This document shows positions 52,078-61,643 of a stretch of 64,000 bases of DNA, one piece after another. Source of the DNA: Alphaproteobacteria bacterium (GTDB lineage Bacteria > Pseudomonadota > Alphaproteobacteria > Bin95). The stretch's first letter is position 1; the number at the start of each line of letters is the position of its first letter. The stretch lies in the NCBI GenBank assembly GCA_964291285.2, contig OZ219788.1, forward strand, positions 352,001 through 416,000, in the 5' to 3' direction. Under the pieces are notes generated by a model, which had not been told where the DNA came from, ran no database searches, and worked only from the letters and a program-made list of their open reading frames with translations. The translations under genes and the position numbers were made by a program.

Positions 52078-53773
52078 CCTAAATCCGGCAGTTGACGAGC
52101 TTGATCGCTGTCTCGGGGTAGTGTGAACGGTCGGATTTGGGCGTGGATTTCAGCACGTGGTCGCGGCCCTGGGTGGCGGCAGCCAGGGTTGACGCCCCGG
52201 TTCGCGGCCATGGAGGTATTTCCTGAGCGCCTCGGCGAGGATGCGGCGCCAGCGATCCCCGGCGCTCAACTGCTCCGCAGTTTGCGTCAGCGACCGGAAG
52301 AAGCCGGCGATCCGGCGCAGCGCCGCCATCACCGTCTTGCGACGCCCGTGATGGGAGGTCACCGTCAGCCGGGTCTGGCCGGCGTGGTGGGTCTGGCGGG
52401 CAACCCCGTGCAGGAGCAGCGGCCGGCTGGTGATCGCCTCGCGGTGATGGTCGGGGTCGGCGAGGCGCACGAACAGGCTCCACCAGTTGTAGATGAGCGC
52501 GATCAGCCGGGCCATGTGCCGGCAGCGCGTCAGGTCGCGCGTGGTGAAGCCGCCCCAACCCCACTGGTTCTTCAACTCGTCGAAGCCGTTCTCCGCGTCC
52601 GCCCGGTCGCGGTAGAGCTGGGCCAGCGAGCGTATCTCCAGGTCCAGCGAGGTCGCCAGCACCGCGAACTCCCACACCCCGGTGCCGGGCTGCGCCTCGG
52701 TCCAGAACAGCTCGCCCTGGGCCTTGTCGCCACGCGTCAGCGCCAGCGTCGCAGGAAGCCGCCGACGCAGCACCACAACCCGGCGCGTCCGGCTCCAGCC
52801 CTGCAGACGCAGATCGGCCCCGATCCCCGACCAGCCCTGGCCTGCATCCTCCCAGCCGTCCCGCACCATCAGCCGCTCGGCAAGCCGGCGCGCCCCCTTC
52901 GTCAGGCGCAGCTTGAACAAATAGTCCAGACCCGCAGCCTCGCACGACGCCATGTTGGCCTCGCTGCCCCAGTCCTTATCGCCCCGCACCAGACGCGGCC
53001 AGCGATCCCGACCGAGACGGTCGAGCAACGCCCACAAGGACGGCGCCGCGCGCCTCGAATGGTGATGGTTGCCCGGCGCCACCTCGACATCCAGAACAAG
53101 CCGCGTGCCCGCCATCAGGAACGCATGGCAGGCATGCGAGGGGCGGCCCGGCTTCTTCGGGTTGTAGCTCACAACCGCCCCCTCCTGACGACCGTAAAGC
53201 GCCTTGATCGTCGTGTCGCAGTCCAGAACCCACGGCTCCCTCAGCAGCGGACGGACCACCTCGTCCAGATGGCCCTGAAGCCACGATGTGCCGACATCCG
53301 CACCGATCCGCTCCAGACCGCGCCGCACCGAATCCTCGCTCGCAACCTTGTCCATACCCAGCAGCGCAGGGTTCACCCCGTCGCCGCGCAGCGACGTGAT
53401 GTGCGCATAGCGAGACTGCCCCGCCAGAACCGACAGAAGAACCGTCCCCAGGACATCCCGCTTCGACGGCGCGTTCGGGCTCGTGTAGTGCAGCGGGCAG
53501 TCCGCAACCAAAGCGTCAAAGCGACCGCTTACCTTCAGGTATTCCGAGAAAAACGCCAGATGCCCCAGCGGCGTCACCGCCGCATCAGGGTCCCATTCCA
53601 CATGAACCGCGCCGCCGAAGGTGTCCACCTTCACCGACGCTCGGGCGACATCCCGCACAGCGCCAGGATAATCACCCAAAGGGTGAGCCTCTTCGGCCCC
53701 TGAAAAGCCGCTCATACCCGCAGACTACAAGGGATTCGGCAAGGCCAAGCCATCCTCAACTGCCGGATTTAGG
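52078..53773 (-). mobile_element. IS1380-family insertion sequence
   Basis: Perfect 18-bp inverted repeats CCTAAATCCGGCAGTTGA; ATCAA duplicated at 52073-52077 and 53774-53778. Confidence 0.92.
52150..53715 (-). CDS. IS1380-family transposase
   Basis: LDCDTT..LYGRQEG..YNP, VRGD, YRDRADAENGFDELK. Confidence 0.88.
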   Translation of the reverse strand: MSGFSGAEEAHPLGDYPGAVRDVARASVKVDTFGGAVHVEWDPDAAVTPLGHLAFFSEYLKVSGRFDALVADCPLHYTSPNAPSKRDVLGTVLLSVLAGQSRYAHITSLRGDGVNPALLGMDKVASEDSVRRGLERIGADVGTSWLQGHLDEVVRPLLREPWVLDCDTTIKALYGRQEGAVVSYNPKKPGRPSHACHAFLMAGTRLVLDVEVAPGNHHHSRRAAPSLWALLDRLGRDRWPRLVRGDKDWGSEANMASCEAAGLDYLFKLRLTKGARRLAERLMVRDGWEDAGQGWSGIGADLRLQGWSRTRRVVVLRRRLPATLALTRGDKAQGELFWTEAQPGTGVWEFAVLATSLDLEIRSLAQLYRDRADAENGFDELKNQWGWGGFTTRDLTRCRHMARLIALIYNWWSLFVRLADPDHHREAITSRPLLLHGVARQTHHAGQTRLTVTSHHGRRKTVMAALRRIAGFFRSLTQTAEQLSAGDRWRRILAEALRKYLHGREPGRQPWLPPPRAATTC

Positions 53774-54791
53774 ATCAACCGCTTCATGTTCTACGACCAT
53801 CTGCGCGCAGAGGAGGGAGCCGGGGCTATCGAACTGGCGGTCCATGCGCTCGGATGCACCCCGCCGGACGCCATCGACTTCCTCGCCGAACTGTCCGACC
53901 TCTCAATGCCCCCAGGCGGCCGCCGGCAGGCGCCGGCCAAGGACCCCCGCTGGCCCAACCTCCGGCGATACCTCGTCGAGCGGCGCGGCCTCGCGGACGC
54001 GCTCGTCACCCTGTGCCGCGACCTCGGCCTGGTCCATGCCGACCCTCACGGCAACCCCGTGTTCGTCCGCCGAAACGCCGCCGGCGAGGCTACCGGCATC
54101 GAAACCGTCACCGCTGACCGCAAAACGACCGCGGGCGGCGGCTTCTGGATGTCCTGGGAGACCGAATGGCCACACGCCGTCATCCTGGCCGGCAACGCCC
54201 TCGACGCACTCTCCATCCTCTCCCTCCACCTCGGCCCGGTAAAACGCACCGAATGCGCCACCGTCTCCACCGGCGCCGTCGCCACCAAAGTCCCCAAATG
54301 GATCGAGGCATGGAACCCGCGCCTCATCTTCTGTGCATACGACGCCACCACAAACGGCGATCACGCCGCAAGGCGCCTCGCCCGCAACGACACCAGAATC
54401 GTCCGGCTGCGACCCGCACTCGACAACCGGGACTGGAACGACATGCTCATCCGCGACCGAGCCGGCGAACCAATCGAAACCGATGACCAACAGATCAACT
54501 GAAAAACCGCAACCGGCCGAAAAATGTCAGCGAATAGGCGCGCTCTGTAACCGTCGCTAACACCCTGCGATCTTCACGGTCGTCGACTTTCACGGTCCGC
54601 CCCTGGAGCTTCTTGGCCGGGCCGCAGGGAGCGGAGCGACCGGAGGACCCCGCAGGGGTTGCTGTCGCGAGCCCGTGTGACACGATTGGAGATCACAGCG
54701 GGGTGGCGTATTTCTCTCGCCCTGCACGGACCCCATCGGCGGTTCGTCCGGCACGGCGCCGGAGCGGGAGGCGCCGTTGCCCGCCCTTGCG

Positions 54792-55019
54792 TCAGTTCCA
54801 CAGGGGATGGGAGTCGACCCGCTGCCGGGCGGTCTCGCGGATGCGGGTGCGGTCGTGGAGATACACCGGCCCGCGCGGGTCCTCGTCGAGATGTATGGCG
54901 AACACCCTGCGCCCCGGCCGGATGCTGTCGTCGAAGGCGTGGACGTCGCCGACATGGTCGCCGTCCCGGTAGATGCGGGATTCGTCGGGGGCGATGCGGC
55001 GGAAGGAGATGGTGCTCAT
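54792..55019 (-). CDS. Small hypothetical protein (75 aa)
   Basis: GGAG RBS; MSTISFRRIAPDESRIYRDGDHVGDV...; high GC3. Confidence 0.65.
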   Translation of the reverse strand: MSTISFRRIAPDESRIYRDGDHVGDVHAFDDSIRPGRRVFAIHLDEDPRGPVYLHDRTRIRETARQRVDSHPLWN

Positions 55020-55078
55020 CGGGTTCTCCGGGTAGCGTGACGGGTGCGCGAGCGGGCTTCCTCTCCTCCTCGCGCGGT

Positions 55079-55651
55079 TCACCCGCTTTCCAGCCTCGCT
55101 CCCACTCCCGTATGCGCCGCGGCGAGACTCGAACCTGCCCGCATGAGAAAAGGGCCGACGCGCGAGGCGCCGGCCCTGTGGGGAGGGAAGAACGGGAAGC
55201 TCTGGAACGGGATATGGTCCCCGTCCATCGGGTCGCCGCCGGCCGGCGCGGCGCCGTCCGCCGCGTCCGGGCCGGGCTGCATCCGTTCGGCGTTGCCGTT
55301 CGGCTTGTCGAGGAACTGGACGCGCCCGCCGGGGACCAGCAGGATCTCGGTCGAGAAGCGGTCGCCGTCCTCGCCCGGCTTCGACCAGCGCCGGGTCTGG
55401 AGCTTGCCGTCGATGTAGACCAGCCGGCCCTTGGTGGCGTGCCTGGCGAGCATGTCGATCAGCCCGTCCTGGAAGGTCACGACCCGGTGCCACTCGGTCC
55501 TGTCGACCTTCTCGCCGGTCTGCTTGTTGATGAACGACTCGTCGGTCGCGATGCTCAGGTTGGCGACGCGGCCGCCGTTCTGCAGGTGGTTGATGGTGAC
55601 GTCCGCGCCGAGGCGGCCGATGATCTGCGCCTTGTTCAGTCCGAAGCTCAT
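55079..55651 (-). CDS. ssb: Single-stranded DNA-binding protein with a C-terminal extension beyond IPF
   Basis: LNKAQIIGRLGAD, TEWHRVV, KGRLVYIDGKLQTRRW, DGDHIPF. Confidence 0.95.
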   Translation of the reverse strand: MSFGLNKAQIIGRLGADVTINHLQNGGRVANLSIATDESFINKQTGEKVDRTEWHRVVTFQDGLIDMLARHATKGRLVYIDGKLQTRRWSKPGEDGDRFSTEILLVPGGRVQFLDKPNGNAERMQPGPDAADGAAPAGGDPMDGDHIPFQSFPFFPPHRAGASRVGPFLMRAGSSLAAAHTGVGARLESG

Positions 55652-55663
55652 TGCGATACTCCT

Positions 55664-55963
55664 TCAGGTTCGCGTTGATGACGATGGGTTGCGAACGACC
55701 GGGGCCGGGGTCACTCCCCCGACCCCCCGACCGTTCAATCTCTTCAGGCCCTCCTCCACCTCCGGTTTGCCGGAGGGAGCGACGCCGCCGGGTTCCGGGA
55801 AGAGGCTCGCGAAGCCGTGCACCGGACAGGCCGCGCCCCTGTCGGGGCAGCGGATGGCGCGCTCGTCCCCGGCGATCTCGCGGACGGTGCGACAGTCGAC
55901 GCCGAGTTCGGCGAGCAGGTCGCAGCCAAGCGGAAGGTCGAGGGGTGTATCGGGATGGAACAT
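55664..55963 (-). CDS. Hypothetical protein
   Basis: GAGGAG RBS before MFHPDTPLDLPLG; co-oriented with ssb. Confidence 0.5.
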   Translation of the reverse strand: MFHPDTPLDLPLGCDLLAELGVDCRTVREIAGDERAIRCPDRGAACPVHGFASLFPEPGGVAPSGKPEVEEGLKRLNGRGVGGVTPAPVVRNPSSSTRT

Positions 55964-56153
55964 GGGCGGGGTCTCCTCTGCCGTGCCCTGCCCGGCGACC
56001 TGTGCCGGACACCGGTCCGGCATTGGCGGGGAGTCCTCTCCTCCGCCCTGCCGGCACTCGCCCGGCAGGCGCTTTCCTCCTCCTCCACGACACAGGGACG
56101 ACGCGGCGGACCGCGGCCAGGCGAGCGCCGCCATCGCCGCCCGGGACAGCATG

Positions 56154-57170
56154 TCAGGTCCAGGCGGTGAAGGAGGCGGTGACGGGGGCGTCGGCGACGA
56201 TCTCGACGCGGTTGCGGTCGAGCTTCCCGAAGGCGAGGCAGAGGGCGACATCGGCCGGATCGTCGAACGGACCGTGCTCGCGGCCGGTCTCCAGTTCGAT
56301 CACGGTCCAGACCGGCTCGTGGACCGGGATGCCCCTGAAATGCGCCGAGCCTTGATACGACCTCCCGGCACAGGGCGCACAGCGCGCCGCCCCCTGTGAC
56401 GGCGCCCCGCAGGCCGTGCACAGGCCGGCGGCCCGGCGTCGGGCGTACAACTGCCGGGAGCGCGCGTTCTTGCGCTCCGGTTTCCGGCCGGCCTTTTCGA
56501 TGGCGGCGCAGGGGTCGCAGCGCGAGAGGCCGTCGAAGGCCGGCTGCCCGCAGCGTGTGCAGCGGCCCCCGGTCCTGCGTTCGTCATATTGCCGCCGTTC
56601 CGCCGCCTGCCTCCTGTCCCGGCAGGGCTGGCAGGTGGTTCCGCCCTCGACGGGGGGACGCTTGCCGCAGCGGATGCAGAGGCCGGCCCCGGTCCTTGCC
56701 TTCTGGCGGCGCCTGCTTTTGAGGCGGGCGGCCTTGCGTTTCGCCTCCGCATTGGCGCCGCCATAGGGCAGCCCGGCCGCCTTGCCGGCGGCGTAGCGGG
56801 CGCGGTCGTCGGCGCGGCGCTTCTCCAGGCACGGCTCGCACGACGCGCGGCCCTTCACGGCCGGCGCATTGCCGCAGCGGGTGCAGAGGCCTTTGGCGGC
56901 CCTTTGTTCCCTCTTGCTGCGGGTGCGCTGGCGCTCGGACTGCCGTGCGGTTTCGGGGTCTCTTCGCGGTGTGCCCGCGGCCCGCAGACGGGCATCGCGG
57001 GCGCGGCTGCGGGCCGCGGCGCACCCGGCGCAGACGCTGCGCCCCGGCGCGGGCGGGACCTTGCCGCAGCGCGGACACAGGCCCCGGGCGATACGCGATG
57101 CGGTGCGCCGGGCGATACGCTCGCGCTCGCGGGCCTTGCGGACTTCCGGGTCCCGGCAAGCCATGGCCAT
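56154..57170 (-). CDS. Five-repeat C4 zinc-finger-like basic protein
   Basis: GAGGAG RBS; five G(L/R)CxxCG..CxxC units separated by Arg-rich helices. Confidence 0.8.
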   Translation of the reverse strand: MAMACRDPEVRKARERERIARRTASRIARGLCPRCGKVPPAPGRSVCAGCAAARSRARDARLRAAGTPRRDPETARQSERQRTRSKREQRAAKGLCTRCGNAPAVKGRASCEPCLEKRRADDRARYAAGKAAGLPYGGANAEAKRKAARLKSRRRQKARTGAGLCIRCGKRPPVEGGTTCQPCRDRRQAAERRQYDERRTGGRCTRCGQPAFDGLSRCDPCAAIEKAGRKPERKNARSRQLYARRRAAGLCTACGAPSQGAARCAPCAGRSYQGSAHFRGIPVHEPVWTVIELETGREHGPFDDPADVALCLAFGKLDRNRVEIVADAPVTASFTAWT

Positions 57171-57250
57171 TCTCCTCGTCGATGGTGCGGGGTCGGGCAG
57201 GAGACGCCCGGCCGGCGGCGGGCCGGCCGGACGTCCGGCGAGGCGGGCGG

Positions 57251-57463
57251 TCAGCCGCGCTGGCGGCGGTCGGCGAAGATCCCGAGGCTGCGCCAGCCCC
57301 ACAGCTGCACCCCGCAATGCCGCAGTCTGACCCCCGTCGCGATGATGATCTCGTCCCGGGCCGGACGCATCTCCTCAAGCGCCTTCGCGGTGACGATCGT
57401 GCCCCGGGCCTTGCGACGGCCCTTGCATGCCGTGCCGCCGGACCGGACGGGAACGATCTCGCC
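57251..57463. repeat. 213-bp direct repeat, copy 1
   Basis: Near-identical to 61336-61548. Confidence 0.93.
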
Positions 57464-57577
57464 ATTCGCGAGCGAGCGGAACCGCTCCAGGACATAACGG
57501 TCGTCCTCGAGACCGCCGCCGACGAAGTGGATGAGATAGGTGCGCGCGTCGCCGCGCGGTGCGATTGCTGCCTGCAT
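57251..57577 (-). CDS. Hypothetical protein (108 aa)
   Basis: AAGGAG RBS; its 3' 213 bp are duplicated at 61336-61548. Confidence 0.65.
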   Translation of the reverse strand: MQAAIAPRGDARTYLIHFVGGGLEDDRYVLERFRSLANGEIVPVRSGGTACKGRRKARGTIVTAKALEEMRPARDEIIIATGVRLRHCGVQLWGWRSLGIFADRRQRG

Positions 57578-57808
57578 CGTGTCGTGCTCCTTCGACAGGT
57601 GAATGGGAACGGCGGCAGCGCTGCTCTCCCTCCGGAGCGCCGACCGCCGCCCCACTCACGGCCAGACCTCGCCTCCTGCCGGTGGAAGACGCGTGGATGG
57701 AGACGCCGGCAGGACGGCCATGCAGCGGACAGGAGCGCGGCGCGAGTTGAAAAGCCACACCGGGCATCATAAAAGGAGGCATGAAGGCGGATGTGCGCGA
57801 GGCTCGGG

Positions 57809-58192
57809 TTGCGGACGTTCAAGACCAGGGCGTTCGCCCGTTTCGCCGACCGCGAGGGGCTGGAGGATGCGGCATTGTGCGAGGCCGTCCGGCGCGCCGG
57901 GGAGGGGCTGGTCGACGCCGAGCTCGGTGGCGGCGTCATCAGGCAGCGCATCGCCCGCAAGGGCGGCGGCCGGTCCGGAGGGTTCCGCACGATCGTGATG
58001 TTCCGTCGAGGCGAACTGGCGTTCTTCGTGCACGGGTTTGCGAAGAGCGCCCGGGACAACATCCGGCGCAAGGAACTTTCGGGGCTGCGATTGCTGGCAC
58101 ACGAGTATCTGGCGCTGGATGCGGCGGGTCTTGCGGTCGCGCAGGCGACTGGATCGACAATCGAGGTGGAATGCGATGACCGGGCAGTATGA
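57809..58192 (+). CDS. RelE/HigB-family toxin
   Basis: FKTRAFARFA, DAELGGGVIRQRIAR.GGGRSGGFRTI, FAKSARDNI. Confidence 0.92.
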   Translation: MRTFKTRAFARFADREGLEDAALCEAVRRAGEGLVDAELGGGVIRQRIARKGGGRSGGFRTIVMFRRGELAFFVHGFAKSARDNIRRKELSGLRLLAHEYLALDAAGLAVAQATGSTIEVECDDRAV

Positions 58193-58493
58193 GAGCGAGG
58201 TGCTGGCTTCGGTGCACGAGGCGGCGCTCGGCCTGGCCGAAGCGGGCGTGATGTCGAAACGGACCATGCGGAAGTTCGACGAGATGTGCCTCACGCCCGT
58301 CAAGGAGATGACGCCGGAAGACATTCGCGCGCTTCGGCTGCGCGAGAACGCGAGCCAGGCGGTGTTCGCGCGCTACCTCAACGTGACGACGGGTCTTGTG
58401 AGCCAGTGGGAGCGCGGCGAGAAGCACCCCCGCGGCACCTCTCTGAAGCTGCTGACGCTGGTGGAGAAGAACGGCCTCGGTGCGGTCGCGTGA
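58176..58493 (+). CDS. HTH XRE (HigA-like) antitoxin
   Basis: IRALRLRENASQAVFARYLNV...SQWERGEKHP. Confidence 0.92.
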   Translation: MTGQYESEVLASVHEAALGLAEAGVMSKRTMRKFDEMCLTPVKEMTPEDIRALRLRENASQAVFARYLNVTTGLVSQWERGEKHPRGTSLKLLTLVEKNGLGAVA

Positions 58494-58568
58494 AACCACG
58501 CACCGATCGCGCCTCCGCCCTGCGCAACCGGGGCGTACTCGAGTTCGACATGACCAGGCAGTTGCACC

Positions 58569-59330
58569 GTGGGCGCTGAATCTGCAATCGAGTGGACCGA
58601 CGCAACGTGGAATCCGGTGACGGGCTGCACGAAGATCACCCGCGGCTGTGACCACTGCTACGCGGAGCGCTTCGCCGAGCGATGGCGCGGTGTTCCCGGG
58701 CACCCCTATGAGCAGGGATTCGACCTGCGACAGTGGCCGTCGCGGCTCGATCAGCCCGCACGATGGCGCAAGCCGCGAATGATCTTCGTCAATTCCATGA
58801 GCGACCTGTTTCACAAGAAGGTCGAGCGGAGCTTTGTCGACAGCGTATTCGAAACGATGGAGGTCGTGGACAGGCACGTCTATCAGATCCTGACAAAACG
58901 CAGTTCGCTCATGAGGAACTACTTGCGACGCCGGTACGCCGACGGTTCGGCTCCCCACCACATATGGTGCGGAGTGTCCGTTGAAGACAGCTCGGCAACT
59001 GCAAGAATCGAACATTTGCGAACGGCGCCGGCGGCGGTGCGGTTCCTCTCGATTGAGCCGCTTTTGGGTCCCGTCGGAAACATCGACCTGGACGGGATTT
59101 CCTGGGTGATTGTAGGAGGAGAAAGCGGCCCGCAGGCCCGACCCATGCAACCGGAATGGGTCCGGGACATACGCGACCTCTGCGCACGTGCTGGCGTGCC
59201 GTTCTTCTTCAAGCAGTGGGGCGGGCAAACGCCGAAGGCCGGCGGCCGCAAGCTGGAGGGAATGGAGCATAACGCAATGCCCGGGCTACTGACCGAGAAG
59301 GACGACCATGCCGTTCAAATGGCACCCTGA
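58569..59330 (+). CDS. DUF5131 / phage Gp37Gp68 family protein
   Basis: IEWTDATWNPVTGCTKITRGCDHCYAE, FVNSMSDLFH, QILTKR, WVIVGGESG, FFFKQWGG. Confidence 0.95.
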   Translation: MGAESAIEWTDATWNPVTGCTKITRGCDHCYAERFAERWRGVPGHPYEQGFDLRQWPSRLDQPARWRKPRMIFVNSMSDLFHKKVERSFVDSVFETMEVVDRHVYQILTKRSSLMRNYLRRRYADGSAPHHIWCGVSVEDSSATARIEHLRTAPAAVRFLSIEPLLGPVGNIDLDGISWVIVGGESGPQARPMQPEWVRDIRDLCARAGVPFFFKQWGGQTPKAGGRKLEGMEHNAMPGLLTEKDDHAVQMAP

Positions 59331-60564
59331 CGACCCGCCGCCGTCCATCGAACCGCATAGCAAGGCGAAACTGGAGGTTTTGCGCAGCTATCTTCGAGCG
59401 TACTACGACAGGCTGAACGTGAAGCCCGTCCGAGAGGAGTTCAAGCTCGACCTTGTTGACGGGTTTGCGGGCGGAGGTCTATTCCTTGATGATGAAACTG
59501 CCGAAGTTTCGGGTACGCCCTTGGTCATGCTCGAAGAAACCGAGAGGGCGAGCGTCCGGCTAAACGAGAAGCGCGCGAAACAACTTCACATCGATTGCAG
59601 GTTCTGTTTTGTCGATAAGGAGGAGGCGCATACGGACCATCTGCGAAGGATCCTCAGAGAGCGTGGCCATCGTGTCGATGATGACAGAATCGTTATCAGA
59701 AACGGCCTCTTCGAGAATGAGGTCGAGGGCATTATCAACTCAGTTCGACAGCGGCAACCCCGTTCCGGGCGCGCGATTTTCCTTCTCGACCAGACCGGAT
59801 TCTCGCAGGTGCAACTCTCGCTTGTGTCTCGGATTTTTAGTGAGTTGCCAGCGGCCGAAGTGATACTGACTTTTGCAGCCGATGCTCTCGTCAACTACTT
59901 GGCAGAGACTCCACAGATTGTCAAGATGGTAGCACCGATTCAGTTGACCGATTCGCAGATTCATGACCTGATCCGGGAAAGAGACGGAGACGGCGGCAGA
60001 GCGCTTGTGCAAAGAACACTGCGCAACCACGTCCGGATAGTAACCGGCGCAGTCTACGATACGCCTTTTTTCATTCGGCCAGGGCAGTCAAGGCGCGCTT
60101 TATGGTTTCTCCACCTTTCAAGACACCCAACGGCGCGCGATGTGATGATTCAACGGCATTGGGACATTCAGAATACCTTCGAACACTATGGACGAGGGGA
60201 TTTCGGTATGTTGGGCTGGGATGCCTTGAAGAACTCGGATACCCTTCCGTTGTTCCAGTTCGGTGAACTCGATGAGAAGCAAATGCGAACGGAGCTGTTG
60301 GACTCTCTTCCTCGGGAGCTGTCCGGGCTGGTGTCTGAACACCCTGTCACCATGGACGCCGTGCGGCATATGCTTGCGAACCGGACGGCTGCGCGATTTT
60401 CCGATCTGGATCAAGTCATTGTGAGGCTCGTGCAGGAAGGAGAGTTCGAAATCGTCAATGAGGAAGGCAAGGTGAGGTCTCGGTCAGTTCAGCGATTGGC
60501 TCCAACAGATCGCTTGGCGCTTCCGTCCACGCTGTTGCTTCCGGGGCTGTCTCGCCGAGCATGA
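59308..60564 (+). CDS. tcmP: Three-Cys-motif partner protein TcmP (methyltransferase-like fold)
   Basis: HSKAKLEVLRSYL, VDGFAGGG, GTPL, FLLDQTG; overlaps the DUF5131 gene; lower GC than the core. Confidence 0.88.
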   Translation: MPFKWHPDDPPPSIEPHSKAKLEVLRSYLRAYYDRLNVKPVREEFKLDLVDGFAGGGLFLDDETAEVSGTPLVMLEETERASVRLNEKRAKQLHIDCRFCFVDKEEAHTDHLRRILRERGHRVDDDRIVIRNGLFENEVEGIINSVRQRQPRSGRAIFLLDQTGFSQVQLSLVSRIFSELPAAEVILTFAADALVNYLAETPQIVKMVAPIQLTDSQIHDLIRERDGDGGRALVQRTLRNHVRIVTGAVYDTPFFIRPGQSRRALWFLHLSRHPTARDVMIQRHWDIQNTFEHYGRGDFGMLGWDALKNSDTLPLFQFGELDEKQMRTELLDSLPRELSGLVSEHPVTMDAVRHMLANRTAARFSDLDQVIVRLVQEGEFEIVNEEGKVRSRSVQRLAPTDRLALPSTLLLPGLSRRA

Positions 60565-60712
60565 AACATCGCAAGCAACGAATTGGATCTGTGCAGGTCC
60601 GTGCACCGGGGTGCATCGTTGAATCCACGGATCCGCGAGTGGGATATCCGCGCGTATGCGATAGCCACACAGGCGGCGTCCGGGCGGTCGTGGCGCATTT
60701 GAGGCGCGTGCC

Positions 60713-61255
60713 ATGACAGTGGCCCGGATGAACCTCGAACTTGCGGAGAGGCCGAGCGCGCGTATCATCCTTGTGCGCATCCGCGGGGAAAGCCGCGATG
60801 AGGCCGAGAAGGGACGCTGGTTCGAACGGTTGTTCATGCGGGTTGCGCTTCAGGAGCCGGAATTCGAGATTAAGGGCATCTGGCGCCGGGCAGAGTGGCC
60901 CGAGCGGGAGACGCTCACCGGTCTTGATGGACGTGATATCGGGATCGATCTGATGGCGCGGCGCACCTCTGGTGAGTGGGTTGCCATTCAGTGCAAGCGC
61001 TATGACGACCGGCATGTACTCGGCAAGAGCGGGATCGACAAGTTTCTCGGCGACTCGCAGCAGCCAGTCTTCCGACTGCGGTGGGTCATGGCGACTTGCA
61101 GTTGGGGGCCGAATGCGAAGCGTGCGATCCAGATTGCCCATCCCGAAATCAGGCAGATCGACTTCAGGCAGTATCTCGACATTCAGGTCAAGGAGCAGGG
61201 TGCAAAACGCCCGGCGCAGGAGCCATGGCCGCTCCAGGCCGATGCGATAGATTCT
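60713..61255 (+). pseudogene. Mrr-like nuclease N-terminus of a Type ISP restriction-modification enzyme, truncated
   Basis: KGRWFERL, DIGIDL, AIQCK; homology ends at the helicase Q-motif PWPLQADAI and the ORF then runs into the repeat. Confidence 0.78.
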
Positions 61256-61335
61256 GCTCCGGGTCGGGGTGGAATACGGCTGGCGGAGGTCAGGCCGGCG
61301 GTGGACCGCGTCGGGCCGGCAGGACGTCCAGACGA

Positions 61336-61548
61336 TCAGCCGCGCTGGCGGCGGTCGGCGAAGATCCCGAGGCTGCGCCAGCCCCACAGCTGCACCCCGC
61401 AATGCCACCGCCTGACCCCCGTCGCGATGATGATCTCGTCCCGGGCCGGACGCATCTCCTCAAGCGCCTTCGCGGTGACGATCGTGCCCCGGGCCTTGCG
61501 ACGGCCCTTGTGTGCCGTGCCGCCAGACTGGACGAGAACGATCTCGCC
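61336..61548. repeat. 213-bp direct repeat, copy 2
   Basis: Near-identical to 57251-57463. Confidence 0.93.
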
Positions 61549-61643
61549 GTCGGCCTTCGAGACATGGCTCGCGCCCGAAGCGGTGTGGTCGATGCCGATC
61601 CGGGCGACGGCGTGATATGGCGTCGGGTGATGGAGAGGGCCGC

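Larger units (their letters stand above)
51929..54502 (+). pseudogene. Toprim/primase-like (DUF3991-like) gene interrupted by IS1380
   Basis: Removing the IS and one target duplication restores the frame ...GSVLSIN-RFMFYDH..GAGAIEL...YLVERRGL...ALDALS...CAYDATTNG...DWNDML. Confidence 0.8.
48813..54562 (+). mobile_element. IS21-family transposon with extra genes
   Basis: Ends TGTAGGTGACGGTCGTAAAAGGCGCTTATTTGCTG and, reverse-complemented, TGTTAGCGACGGTTACAGAGCGCGCCTATTCGCTG; encloses istAB. Confidence 0.85.

Noticed and set aside
48806-54570. Target-site duplication for the IS21 transposon
   Set aside because: The flanks (GTCTTCC and CCCTGCG) do not match and IS3 orfB does not resume, implying a later rearrangement.
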